64,000 nt of DNA from a virus. A program made the translations under genes and the position numbers. The notes beneath the pieces were generated by a model. The model had not been told where the DNA came from. It searched no databases and saw only the letters and a list, made by a program, of their open reading frames with translations. Below are positions 18,228 through 27,232 of this stretch, in pieces. The stretch's first letter is position 1; each line of letters starts with the position of its first letter. The stretch lies in IMG/VR virus record IMGVR_UViG_3300031669_005808; one strand, 5' to 3'.

Positions 18228-20773
18228 ATCTTGAAAACCTTTCTATCTTTGAATTCGGCCTGTTTAGAAATATTCCAATTTGATATTCTACGATAATATC
18301 CTACGATTCTGGAGTAAACATCTGTTCCTTCCCCACATTGCGGACAAGTATTATGTTCCCCTCTAATATACCCATGATTTCTACATATCGAAAAAGTAGG
18401 AGTCAAGGATATGAAAGGAAGTTCAGTACTCCTACAAACTTTCATAATGTAATCCTTGACCGTATCTCGATCAATCACTGACTCCCCCAGAAAAGTATGA
18501 AACACAACTCCTCCGGTATATAATTTTTCTATGTCGGATTGATGATTTAAAGCATCTATTACATCAATTTCTTTATCCACTGGAAGAGCCGTCGAATTCG
18601 TATAGTACGAGATATCCCCCCCGGATTGAATAATATCAGGATATTTAGCCTTATCCAATTTAGCAAATCGATAGGTACAACCCTCCGCCGGAGTTGCTTC
18701 CAAATTATACAAATTCCCTGTACTCTCCTGATAAATTGACATCAAATCTTTTAGCATATTTAAAGTCTTGATCATGAGAGTTTTACCCTCGGAAGAATCA
18801 ATACCCTTACCCAATAAATTCAAACACGCCTCATGACCCCCACAAACTCCTATAGTTGAAAAATGGCCTTTAAAGCCGTTCTTAAGATACCTTTTTGTCC
18901 AAGGGAACATATTATGCTTGAGATTATACTCCAACATCTTACGCTTAATTTCATGGCAATCCTTGGCCACCTTGGAATAATGCTTAACCAAATCTAAGAA
19001 CTCTTCTTCATCCCTAGCCATATAGCCTAATCTTGCAAGATTAAGAGTTACTACTTGAATACTTCCCGTTAAATTTCCTGATCCAAATAAACCCCCAACT
19101 TTTTTGATCACCTCTCTTTTATCAAGCCTCAATCGACAATTGTGAGTCATTAATTTATTAGATAACATGAATAAATGAGAATCATCATATACCTCAAAAC
19201 AGTATAATTCTGTATCTTCCCCCGGATCTATTGCCTCGATATTTTTTATGGCATAATATACAAAATCATCATCCTCAAAATCAGGGGTTCTCGCCGAAGC
19301 TGTATTCAAAACAGCATAGGGTACCAATCTGTTATTCCTATCAAAAGGCAGAAACATTCCCACTTCTAAATCTTTAGCTTGAACATTCCCCTGGTTATAT
19401 ACAGGTTGTAAATGATTTTCCCCCATATCAACACTAATATCCGCACCTACATCCACAGTCACCCTATAAATCGTAGTTAGAGGAACTTGTGTGGGGATAG
19501 CCGATACCCAACTCGATCCATTCCAAACATCCACAGTTCCCCCCGCCTTATGAGCTTCCGTGTATATTCGCCTTATACGCCAATCACAGAGATAATTATT
19601 TATTTTTACTAAGACCTTGGTGTCCCCGGTCAAGGGGCACATAGATCGCACATCCTCCGGATTCAAATCCGAGTTAATAAAATTTTGAAAATAAGGTACT
19701 CCATATTTCCCCGTTAAATCCGCTAGAAGATCACCAAATTTGGTATCCCAAGGAAAATCTTCAGTTATATTATAAGTAGGAATGGGATATGAGAATATAG
19801 ATCCATCCCGATCTCCTTTTAATAAAACCTCAACGAAAGCCCTATTGAACATATCCATTTCTTTCTCAAACTCACCATATGTTCTATCTTTCAATTCCCC
19901 GCCAATGATCACAGGTTGATTCTTCATATATTTTGGACAAGCAACGTCCAGAGAAACATTAGAAAACGGCGATTGACTCCCCCAACGGCTCGTAATGTTC
20001 AAATTATATACAAAAGATTGTAAATTGTCATACACTTCTTTGTACGACAATTTATTATAATAGATGAATGGAGCTAAATAAGTATCAATTGAATTAAACG
20101 CTTGTGCTCCGGACCACTCATTTTGAAGTGTACCCAAAAAATTAACCATCTGGTTCAAAGCTGTAGTAAAATTCTTCGGAGGATCTGAAGAGTTATACCC
20201 CGGATTATTAAATCCTTCCAATAACAAATCCTCTAATGACCACCCCGAACAATAAGAACTCAACCCAAATCCTAAGTCATGTATATGAATAAATCCTTGA
20301 CTATGCGCATCCCTTATACTCTCAGGATATTGATTCAGACAATATTTAGCCTGGACTGTTTCCGCAGTATACAAAATCAACCCACCAAAAGAAAATTGGA
20401 TATTTGAGTTCTCTTTGACTCTCCAATCCCCGCGATCAATATAATCCCCCATAGTATGCATAACATCTAGTTGAAGTTGACCCTCCTCCCGCACTATTCT
20501 CCTCTTCTCTCGATACAAAATGAAATTCCTTGCCACCTTTATATACCCTGAACTCATAAGGATTTTCTCAATAGAATCTTGGACCTCCTCTTGAGGGATT
20601 AGCCGCTTCCACTTATACTCAGAAGCTACCATATTGGATAACTCCTTAGTTATCCGTCCCACATCCTCACTTTTGATATCCGATGACTCCAAAGCCTTAG
20701 ATATAACTGTTTCTATCTTCTTAAGATCCCAAGCTTCCAAATCCCCTGCTCGTTTTATAATCTGTTTAGGCAT
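18224..20773 (-). CDS. nrdD: Anaerobic (class III) ribonucleoside-triphosphate reductase with ATP cone and mini-intein
   Basis: ATP cone IIKRAG; HIHDL; QSPFSN; SMC|CRL active site split by the intein; TPAEG; YTNST; zinc CPQCG; glycyl-radical loop SRIVGYY. Confidence 0.92.
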   Translation of the reverse strand: MPKQIIKRAGDLEAWDLKKIETVISKALESSDIKSEDVGRITKELSNMVASEYKWKRLIPQEEVQDSIEKILMSSGYIKVARNFILYREKRRIVREEGQLQLDVMHTMGDYIDRGDWRVKENSNIQFSFGGLILYTAETVQAKYCLNQYPESIRDAHSQGFIHIHDLGFGLSSYCSGWSLEDLLLEGFNNPGYNSSDPPKNFTTALNQMVNFLGTLQNEWSGAQAFNSIDTYLAPFIYYNKLSYKEVYDNLQSFVYNLNITSRWGSQSPFSNVSLDVACPKYMKNQPVIIGGELKDRTYGEFEKEMDMFNRAFVEVLLKGDRDGSIFSYPIPTYNITEDFPWDTKFGDLLADLTGKYGVPYFQNFINSDLNPEDVRSMCPLTGDTKVLVKINNYLCDWRIRRIYTEAHKAGGTVDVWNGSSWVSAIPTQVPLTTIYRVTVDVGADISVDMGENHLQPVYNQGNVQAKDLEVGMFLPFDRNNRLVPYAVLNTASARTPDFEDDDFVYYAIKNIEAIDPGEDTELYCFEVYDDSHLFMLSNKLMTHNCRLRLDKREVIKKVGGLFGSGNLTGSIQVVTLNLARLGYMARDEEEFLDLVKHYSKVAKDCHEIKRKMLEYNLKHNMFPWTKRYLKNGFKGHFSTIGVCGGHEACLNLLGKGIDSSEGKTLMIKTLNMLKDLMSIYQESTGNLYNLEATPAEGCTYRFAKLDKAKYPDIIQSGGDISYYTNSTALPVDKEIDVIDALNHQSDIEKLYTGGVVFHTFLGESVIDRDTVKDYIMKVCRSTELPFISLTPTFSICRNHGYIRGEHNTCPQCGEGTDVYSRIVGYYRRISNWNISKQAEFKDRKVFKI
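19139..19636 (-). mobile_element. Mini-intein (166 aa) in NrdD, Pro-initiated, class-3-like
   Basis: Removing PLTGDTKV...LYCFEV...LMTHN restores VRSMCCRLRLD. No endonuclease domain. Confidence 0.85.
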
Positions 20774-20794
20774 CCCCCATACTTCCTTTCTATG

Positions 20795-21148
20795 CTATTT
20801 AAACAAAACTTGTAATATTTCCTCAGCCCTATCTTTACCCCAAATAATATTATTTGTATTCGTCTCATAAGGTAATTTTACCCCACTTGTTAAAAAATAA
20901 TTCACCAATTTCAAGATATATAATTCTTTAACATCTTTATTTTCATTTATTGCTTTTTTTAAAAGTTCTTTTGCTTCTGTAATACTTTCAAGAGTCATGC
21001 CAACGGATTCCTCTTTAGGAGGTTTTACTTTTGGCATCGGAGTTGTAGATCCATACTCTTCTGGAAACAATCTCTCAAATTGAGGCTTATCCTCAGGAAG
21101 ATTCACCCCATACATTATAACATTTCTTCCAAACCAATCATCGGACAT
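20795..21148 (-). CDS. Hypothetical protein
   Basis: ORF track. Confidence 0.55.
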   Translation of the reverse strand: MSDDWFGRNVIMYGVNLPEDKPQFERLFPEEYGSTTPMPKVKPPKEESVGMTLESITEAKELLKKAINENKDVKELYILKLVNYFLTSGVKLPYETNTNNIIWGKDRAEEILQVLFK

Positions 21149-21264
21149 GATTATATCCTTTCACATATAAGTTAAAATTGTTCAATTTAAAGACAAATAT
21201 ACACCGTTAAACGTCTTCTATTTTTTAATTTATAATTGATGAAACAAAATATCTTTATCCACTC

Positions 21265-21307
21265 TTTAATATAGATTTGATAGCCTTATTATCAAATCTA
21301 TATTAAA
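21265..21307. repeat. Perfect inverted repeat, 18-bp stem and 7-nt loop
   Basis: tttaatatagatttgata-gccttat-tatcaaatctatattaaa. Confidence 0.8.
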
Positions 21308-21315
21308 AGATGTAT

Positions 21316-21348
21316 GGGTTGCTAAGTATCTGAAATATATAGCAACCC
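21316..21348 (-). terminator. Hairpin just downstream of the methyltransferase gene, possible terminator
   Basis: gggttgcta / tagcaaccc 9-bp stem; weak U-tract. Confidence 0.4.
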
Positions 21349-21355
21349 TTTAACT

Positions 21356-22105
21356 CTATTTTACCACTTTTAGAACAATAGTTGAGACATTAGTACCCGA
21401 AGAACTAAAGGATTTCTCAGGTAAATCCTTTATAGAGTATGAGGAGCAAAGGGTTCCCAATTCTTCTATAAAGCTAACAGTTTTTGTATTCGTCCTAAAT
21501 TTAATTGCCGCCGACATAACCGATGCCAGAATCCCACCTGGCTTTAAGAATTTTAAAGCGTGAGAAACATGATCAATATCTTGTTGTCTTGTAAATGGAG
21601 GATTCATCACTATTCTATCATATACCATATTCGGTACCACACTCATAAAGTCCGCCTCCATAACACAATACCCTATGGATCTTAATCCCTTAATATATCC
21701 AAAATTTATATCTATACCTAAAGCATTCTCTTCACCCACGTGATTAATAAGAATCTTAAGAATTCTGCCGCTGCCACAAGAGGGCTCCAAACATAGCATT
21801 TCGGGACTAACCTCAGCCATATCAACCAATTCTTGTGCCAGATCCTCAGGAGTCTCAAAAAATTGAAATTCCTTCTTAAGATCTCTCACTTCTCCGGTTA
21901 GAAGAACACTTTCAATAGCATCTCCAATATCCTCCTCAAATACATGAGCTTTAAGCTTCCTATCCCATTTTCCCCCAAGGAATTCTAAGACCTTATTAAC
22001 TTCCAAATATATTTTTCTATCCAGAGTGATATTAGGTAATCGAAATAAACCACCCTCACAAGATCCCGCATCAATAATATCCAAAATATCTTTTGCTATT
22101 TTCAT
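21356..22105 (-). CDS. N6-adenine-type (NPPF) SAM-dependent methyltransferase, probably DNA
   Basis: FFETP, motif I LEPSCGSG, motif IV IVMNPPF, SFSSSGTNV. Confidence 0.8.
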   Translation of the reverse strand: MKIAKDILDIIDAGSCEGGLFRLPNITLDRKIYLEVNKVLEFLGGKWDRKLKAHVFEEDIGDAIESVLLTGEVRDLKKEFQFFETPEDLAQELVDMAEVSPEMLCLEPSCGSGRILKILINHVGEENALGIDINFGYIKGLRSIGYCVMEADFMSVVPNMVYDRIVMNPPFTRQQDIDHVSHALKFLKPGGILASVMSAAIKFRTNTKTVSFIEELGTLCSSYSIKDLPEKSFSSSGTNVSTIVLKVVK

Positions 22106-22136
22106 GATACCTTCCTTATCTTAAAAATTATCTTAT

Positions 22137-22172
22137 ACTACATATTCGATTTAAGAACTTAAAATTTTACAC
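22137..22172 (-). promoter_or_regulatory. Conserved bipartite promoter-like motif, copy 3
   Basis: GTGTAAAATT-N12-ATCGAATA with a degenerate -10 hexamer; upstream of the MTase gene. Confidence 0.75.
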
Positions 22173-22418
22173 TGGTTTTTTAACATAGTTCAGTTTAATT
22201 TTTGGTTCATCATATTCCTTATCTATCTCTTCATAAATTCCCAAGAGATAAGCTTTATTAAAACTAGTGCAATCAAAAACTCTCATCCACTTCTCATGCT
22301 CGATATCCACCCCTCGATTCCAAGCATCTTTTGTATCACTCAAGGTATCTCTAGGAGGATATGGCCTATCCTTCCACCACTCATGATGATTTTTATATTT
22401 CACTTTATTCTCAGACAT
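22167..22418 (-). CDS. Hypothetical protein
   Basis: ORF track; its stop codon is supplied by GTG-TAA of the motif. Confidence 0.55.
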   Translation of the reverse strand: MSENKVKYKNHHEWWKDRPYPPRDTLSDTKDAWNRGVDIEHEKWMRVFDCTSFNKAYLLGIYEEIDKEYDEPKIKLNYVKKPV

Positions 22419-22421
22419 ACT

Positions 22422-23060
22422 CTACTCCTTCCCCACTTTAAAATTAAGATTAATTCTCTCAATAGCCCGCGTAGGTTGAATATATAAATCATACTCCAAA
22501 TATGTATAAGGGATCTCCAATCTAGCCACATATTCCACCTCAGGAGGATTTTTAGACAGCCAATCAGAATACCAGCACATATCTAAATTCTCAAATTCAA
22601 AGTATTCCTCCGCAGCCTCAAATACATTTGAAAAAACCATATCATCCACTTCAGGATGATTATGCTCATACCAACCAAGCACTAAATCTTTATAATGAGA
22701 TTCAACATATAATTTTTTAGAATAAGGAAATATATGATGCCAAATTCTAGGTCTATCCTCCACCCAATTCATAATTTTAAAATGTTTAGCGATCCAAGAT
22801 CCAAATCTAGCTAATAATCTATCGGATAGTTTGGGATATAATTCCTTCCAACCCCTAAGCCTCAAATGACCCCCAATACTAAAATTTTGAATGGCTTCCC
22901 TATCCTTAAGACTCTGCATATACTCTCGTATCCCCTCTTCTTCCATAGAAAGAAGAGCCTTTGAATTAAGATTAGATTCAAAGGGTTTAAGGAACTCTCT
23001 AATTTCTTGCTCTATAATGAGCAAGAATAATCTTGTATTCATTTGCTCTAATGTATTCAT
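22422..23060 (-). CDS. Stand-alone tail-sheath C-terminal-like domain with a large insertion
   Basis: RLFLLIIEQEIREFLKPFESNLN...EYMQSLKDREAIQNFSI and LYIQPTRAIERINLNF resemble the T4 gp18-type C-terminus (from recall). Confidence 0.55.
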   Translation of the reverse strand: MNTLEQMNTRLFLLIIEQEIREFLKPFESNLNSKALLSMEEEGIREYMQSLKDREAIQNFSIGGHLRLRGWKELYPKLSDRLLARFGSWIAKHFKIMNWVEDRPRIWHHIFPYSKKLYVESHYKDLVLGWYEHNHPEVDDMVFSNVFEAAEEYFEFENLDMCWYSDWLSKNPPEVEYVARLEIPYTYLEYDLYIQPTRAIERINLNFKVGKE

Positions 23061-23063
23061 ATC

Positions 23064-23528
23064 TTATTTTACAACCCCTAAATTTTCATCTTTATTTTTA
23101 CCAACCCAAAATGCAGGAGCCCCAAAATATTTTACAGCCAAATAATATTTATACGCTCTCCGCCTTCTGAGAAATCTCAACCATTTCCATTTGGTTTTTG
23201 CCTCAATCAATCGAAGCATATTACTCAAGAAGATACGATCTGCTTCTTCCTTATCCTTAATGCAAGGTCTTGAGGAATAATAACAAAAATCATGTATTGA
23301 ACAAACTTCCTCAATACTCATAAACCATATTGAATCGGGTATAAAATCAAATTTACCTTGTGCTCCACAACCATTACAGATTCTATCCTTTTCCTCTTCA
23401 GTTAATAGCCAATAATCTCTTGGAGCATATAATATAACCGGAATACCCTTTATTCTGAAAATTTCTTGTTTTGTTTCTTGAATGGATGTATAATCTTTCT
23501 TTTTTGATATAATATTTCGTGTTGACAT
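23064..23528 (-). CDS. CNGCG/HDxxY phage protein, phospholipase A2-like motif
   Basis: ICNGCG, VCSIHDFCYY, ADRIFLSNM. Confidence 0.5.
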   Translation of the reverse strand: MSTRNIISKKKDYTSIQETKQEIFRIKGIPVILYAPRDYWLLTEEEKDRICNGCGAQGKFDFIPDSIWFMSIEEVCSIHDFCYYSSRPCIKDKEEADRIFLSNMLRLIEAKTKWKWLRFLRRRRAYKYYLAVKYFGAPAFWVGKNKDENLGVVK

Positions 23529-23530
23529 CT

Positions 23531-23812
23531 TTATTTCCCCTCTTTCCTATTTATGTAGTATCTCATGTCCTCATAATATCTATTCACTACTATACCTTTA
23601 TCCCCTAAGAAATTCTCGGCATCCTTTAGGATTGCTCGAATATTTTCTTCTACAGCATTCCTACTACCCCATTCTCTCGTATGAACCTTGTCGGATCTGG
23701 GTACTGAAACCACAGGATCTCTGAGAACCGGAAACCCTAAATCACAATCCAGGTAAACTACTGCTCTATATTTAAGATTGTGATAAATAACATATGCCCT
23801 ATATGGTATCAT
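23531..23812 (-). CDS. Hypothetical protein
   Basis: ORF track. Confidence 0.55.
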   Translation of the reverse strand: MIPYRAYVIYHNLKYRAVVYLDCDLGFPVLRDPVVSVPRSDKVHTREWGSRNAVEENIRAILKDAENFLGDKGIVVNRYYEDMRYYINRKEGK

Positions 23813-23829
23813 TTTTTTTATCCTCTATC

Positions 23830-24075
23830 TTAAAATTTAATTTTATAACTCAAATAATATGATTTATCTTGCTTTGATATTTGGAGATTATTGCAAATAT
23901 ATTCTAACCTAGTTTGAAAAGAATTATCCAGACTATAGGCTTTATTTATTAAATGCTTTAAATAATTGGACCGATCCCCCCTATCAATCATCCTCTCAAT
24001 TTTAGTATCTAATGTTTCCAAACCCATCCGATTAACCTTCTTTACTGTCTTTTTCTTATCATTACTCCTTCTCAT
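23830..24075 (-). CDS. Hypothetical basic protein
   Basis: ORF track; GGAGG RBS. Confidence 0.55.
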   Translation of the reverse strand: MRRSNDKKKTVKKVNRMGLETLDTKIERMIDRGDRSNYLKHLINKAYSLDNSFQTRLEYICNNLQISKQDKSYYLSYKIKF

Positions 24076-24115
24076 AATTATCCTCCTTTAAATTAACTTT
24101 TAACAGAATATTTGA

Positions 24116-24189
24116 AGGGTCTGCACCGGAGTTGAACCAGCACATAACACCGTTAAGGTGTCTACTCTCCCTATTGAGTTAACAGACCC
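24116..24189 (-). tRNA. Atypical tRNA or tRNA-like gene: anticodon UAA in a short-variable-loop body with G-1:C73
   Basis: Folds as GGTCTGT/GCAGACC acceptor plus an extra G:C pair, D stem ACTC/GAGT, anticodon stem GACAC/GTGTT with loop CTTAACG, T arm GCTGG-TTCAACT-CCGGT. No CCA encoded. Confidence 0.7.
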
Positions 24190-24201
24190 AGCAACGCCAA
24201 C

Positions 24202-24411
24202 TTATATTCTTTCATTCCAGGAATTGATAGCTTCTGGAATTGTATCTTCCCACTCATCCCAATAATGCCCGTTCTCACATTCACATATATACGAAATTCT
24301 TCCACTATCTCCTGGTTCCCAACTCGCCACTTCAATTTTATTACTGCCACATCTAAGACAAGGAAGCATCTTATCTTCTTTAGAATTAGCATCAAGTTTA
24401 GGATTTAGCAT
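24202..24411 (-). CDS. Lar-family (restriction alleviation) zinc-finger protein
   Basis: LPCLRCGS...ICEC...EAINSWNER pattern. Confidence 0.6.
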   Translation of the reverse strand: MLNPKLDANSKEDKMLPCLRCGSNKIEVASWEPGDSGRISYICECENGHYWDEWEDTIPEAINSWNERI

Positions 24412-24415
24412 ATCT

Positions 24416-25564
24416 TTAATCCTTAATCTTATCTATACTATCCTTTAAACTCAATATAAGTTTTTCCGGATCTGTATATTTCTCGGAGTAAATCATTACT
24501 CTAATAGAATCCTCTAACTTAGCAATCTCATCCCTAGATAATTCTAAAGTGAAAGTAGATCCATCAGATATATAGCAATTACCTTTGATATCAAATTTTT
24601 TATCAATGAAAGCATACTCTATCTTCTCTAATTTGATCCCCTCAAAAAAAGATTCCATTCTCTCTTTAAATGTGTGACTAACTACATCCTCCAAAGTGAT
24701 AATATACTTTAATGTATCTATAATATGTTGTATATCACCTTCAATCCAAGCGGGATTCTGAATAATACAACTTATTTTATTTATATTGTTGTTGGTTAAA
24801 GATAACAATAATTTATTATCCACAAGGAAATAGATAACCTCAGCCATATTTCTATTTATATGAATGGTACTCGGATCTAGTTTGGAGGACTCTAGATAAT
24901 TCAAGAAACTTTTAATCTTATTTTCATACCTATCGTTACGATTTGATCGCTTAACCGGATTATCTCCCGCAGCTTTAGGAGCATTAGATTTTGGACCTAC
25001 AGCTTCCCCTCTATCCACTGCATACTTATACGCCTTATATGAAAGTTTGATATCCTTTGATGGACCTTCCATAAATGCTAAGGATTCCTCATCTGATAAT
25101 CCTTGTTGAATTATATCTGAATCAGGACCATCAAATAATCTAGGCATAATATCGTCTAATACATCCTCAACCAATCCTGACTTTTTTGCATATGTTAAAA
25201 GGTCACTAATTATATTTTCTCGCATTTCTATATCATCCGGATCAGAACTCCCATCCAATACCATATTAAGATAGTCACGTAAAGCATCCTCATCCTCGAT
25301 ATCAAAGGCATAATCCTCCGCAATTCTGGCAACATCGCTATCACCCCATTTAAGAATTAAACTCTCACCTCCTTCTTCCATATTCCGGTTTAAAAGATCA
25401 TTCATATCTTTTAAAAGATCATTCATATCTTTTAAAACAATATTATTCGCTAAAACGGAGTCTATTAACTTACTTATTTCCTTTGAAAGACTACAAGCCC
25501 ATAAACCTAATGCTGATACTATGCTTAATACACCAAAAATAACTAACAATACTACATTACTCAT
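24416..25564 (-). CDS. Hypothetical protein with N-terminal membrane anchor
   Basis: N-terminal TM segment; 21-bp tandem duplication at 25390-25431 (LKDMNDL x2). Confidence 0.65.
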   Translation of the reverse strand: MSNVVLLVIFGVLSIVSALGLWACSLSKEISKLIDSVLANNIVLKDMNDLLKDMNDLLNRNMEEGGESLILKWGDSDVARIAEDYAFDIEDEDALRDYLNMVLDGSSDPDDIEMRENIISDLLTYAKKSGLVEDVLDDIMPRLFDGPDSDIIQQGLSDEESLAFMEGPSKDIKLSYKAYKYAVDRGEAVGPKSNAPKAAGDNPVKRSNRNDRYENKIKSFLNYLESSKLDPSTIHINRNMAEVIYFLVDNKLLLSLTNNNINKISCIIQNPAWIEGDIQHIIDTLKYIITLEDVVSHTFKERMESFFEGIKLEKIEYAFIDKKFDIKGNCYISDGSTFTLELSRDEIAKLEDSIRVMIYSEKYTDPEKLILSLKDSIDKIKD

Positions 25565-25567
25565 AAC

Positions 25568-26230
25568 TTAAATCCTCCATGGATCGATGTAGGGAATGAT
25601 CTTGATATTATCTTTTTTCACCCCCAATTGGTTTAATTGTAAACATAACTCACCCATACCTCCGATATTAAGATAAGGATGGTTAACAACTCGAATATCA
25701 TATGATATTCCACTATTAATAATTAACTCAATACTACGTTTAATATCCTCAATTGAAGGGCACATCACTCCTGAACTATAAGCATAAGAATTAATATCAA
25801 ATGGAGCCTTGATATCCATAGAAATATAACTCAGATATCTCTCCTTAAGCAAAGTAGAGATAGCCTCTGGCCTAGATCCGTTAGTATCCAGTTTTATGGA
25901 TAGGCCTAAATCTCTCTTTAGATATTCAACCATTGGAAGTAGTTTAGGATATATAGTGGGCTCTCCCCCACATATTGAAACATGATTCACAAATTTCCGA
26001 TATTGTTCCTCTTTAAATAAAGAATCAATCTCCTCAAAAGGGACATCTTCAATCGGAATATCTCCATATGCTATATCTTTATTAATGCAAAAAGGACATC
26101 TGAAGTTACATCTCCCTAAGAAGATTATAGAAGTTATATTTCCTGGCCAATCGCTCATGGAAGATTTGATGAATTGTTTTACATTATCAAATACAACATT
26201 ATTGATCATCACAAGTCTCCTCCCCCTCAT
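25568..26230 (-). CDS. nrdG: Anaerobic RNR activating enzyme (radical SAM)
   Basis: SDWPG, CNFRCPFC, CGGEPTI, KLDTNGS, MDIKAP; nrdD lies in the same window. Confidence 0.85.
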   Translation of the reverse strand: MRGRRLVMINNVVFDNVKQFIKSSMSDWPGNITSIIFLGRCNFRCPFCINKDIAYGDIPIEDVPFEEIDSLFKEEQYRKFVNHVSICGGEPTIYPKLLPMVEYLKRDLGLSIKLDTNGSRPEAISTLLKERYLSYISMDIKAPFDINSYAYSSGVMCPSIEDIKRSIELIINSGISYDIRVVNHPYLNIGGMGELCLQLNQLGVKKDNIKIIPYIDPWRI

Positions 26231-26780
26231 TCAATAAAGTTATACTCATTCTATATACCTCAAGAGCGACTTCCGCACAATCCAAAGCATTATGTTTTTC
26301 TGCTCTGCGAATCCCAAAAAATTTGGCTGCATCACTCAAAGAATTTATGTTCTCTGGAAGCATCCCCATCTTCTTTATACAATATGCTATGGTTTGAATA
26401 TCCACTGATCTATAATTTATCTTAGAGTACAAATCAATATTCCCATTATAGTAACACATCTTTTTGAAAAATGAGGTATCAAAACCAATATTCCACCCCG
26501 CAAATCTATATTCATACCCTAATTCCCCAAAAAAGCTCATTAGAACACTATGATATCCTGGAGCCTTTAATGCCTCCTCATATGATATACCATGGATTTT
26601 ATAAGCCTCCTCACTAAAAGCTTGCTTACTCAAAGGCTTAATTCTAGATACAAAAGAGCTAACCACTTCTAAATTTTCATCCACCAAAACAGCTCCAATC
26701 TCAATAGGGTCCGAAATGTAATCAATAACCCCCGTGGTCTCAAAATCTAAAAAACATAATCTACTTTCAGAATTTCTCAC
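26199..26780 (-). CDS. DEDDh 3'-5' exonuclease (DnaQ-like)
   Basis: FLDFETTG, GWNIGFD, HNALDC. Confidence 0.85.
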   Translation of the reverse strand: MRNSESRLCFLDFETTGVIDYISDPIEIGAVLVDENLEVVSSFVSRIKPLSKQAFSEEAYKIHGISYEEALKAPGYHSVLMSFFGELGYEYRFAGWNIGFDTSFFKKMCYYNGNIDLYSKINYRSVDIQTIAYCIKKMGMLPENINSLSDAAKFFGIRRAEKHNALDCAEVALEVYRMSITLLNEGEETCDDQ

Positions 26781-26794
26781 TTCATTTTACTCCT

Positions 26795-26830
26795 ATCTCA
26801 TATTCGATTTAACTGTTAAAAATTTTACAG
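26795..26830 (-). promoter_or_regulatory. Conserved bipartite promoter-like motif, copy 4
   Basis: CTGTAAAATT-N12-ATCGAATA; -10 hexamer degenerate. Confidence 0.7.
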
Positions 26831-26834
26831 ATCC

Positions 26835-27038
26835 TTATAATTGCCTCAAGAAACTTACTAAGAAGCTCTCTACCCTAAATTTACTCTCCGCATATATCAA
26901 CCTCTGTAAATATGTACCTAATACCTCTATATCCTTTCTTAAAATAGTCAATATATTCCGCCCCTCATAAACTAGCCTAAAATCCCAAGTCTTCTCATCT
27001 ATTTTTATAGTAAGCTTACCCCAATCCAATTTATCCAC
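26835..27038 (-). CDS. Hypothetical protein
   Basis: ORF track. Confidence 0.5.
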   Translation of the reverse strand: MDKLDWGKLTIKIDEKTWDFRLVYEGRNILTILRKDIEVLGTYLQRLIYAESKFRVESFLVSFLRQL

Positions 27039-27232
27039 TTACCATTTATTAAGACATTACTTCCAAAAATCATACCTAACTTCCTACTTAAATCATCTGC
27101 TTTCTCTTCAATCCTATCTAACCTGCCAGAATCTAAAACATCGTCCTTTTGATTCTCCTTTCTAAGATCAAAAAATCTTTTAGTGAGTACCCCATCTTCT
27201 GAAGGTGATAAAGTATCCTCAATTTTCGACAT
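27005..27232 (-). CDS. Hypothetical protein
   Basis: ORF track. Confidence 0.5.
   Translation of the reverse strand: MSKIEDTLSPSEDGVLTKRFFDLRKENQKDDVLDSGRLDRIEEKADDLSRKLGMIFGSNVLINGKWINWIGVSLL

Noticed and set aside
24116-24189. Ochre suppressor tRNA or alternative genetic code
   Set aside because: The stem register gives anticodon UAA (reads UUA), not UUA. Known genes are full length under the standard code, and both TAG and TGA act as stops.
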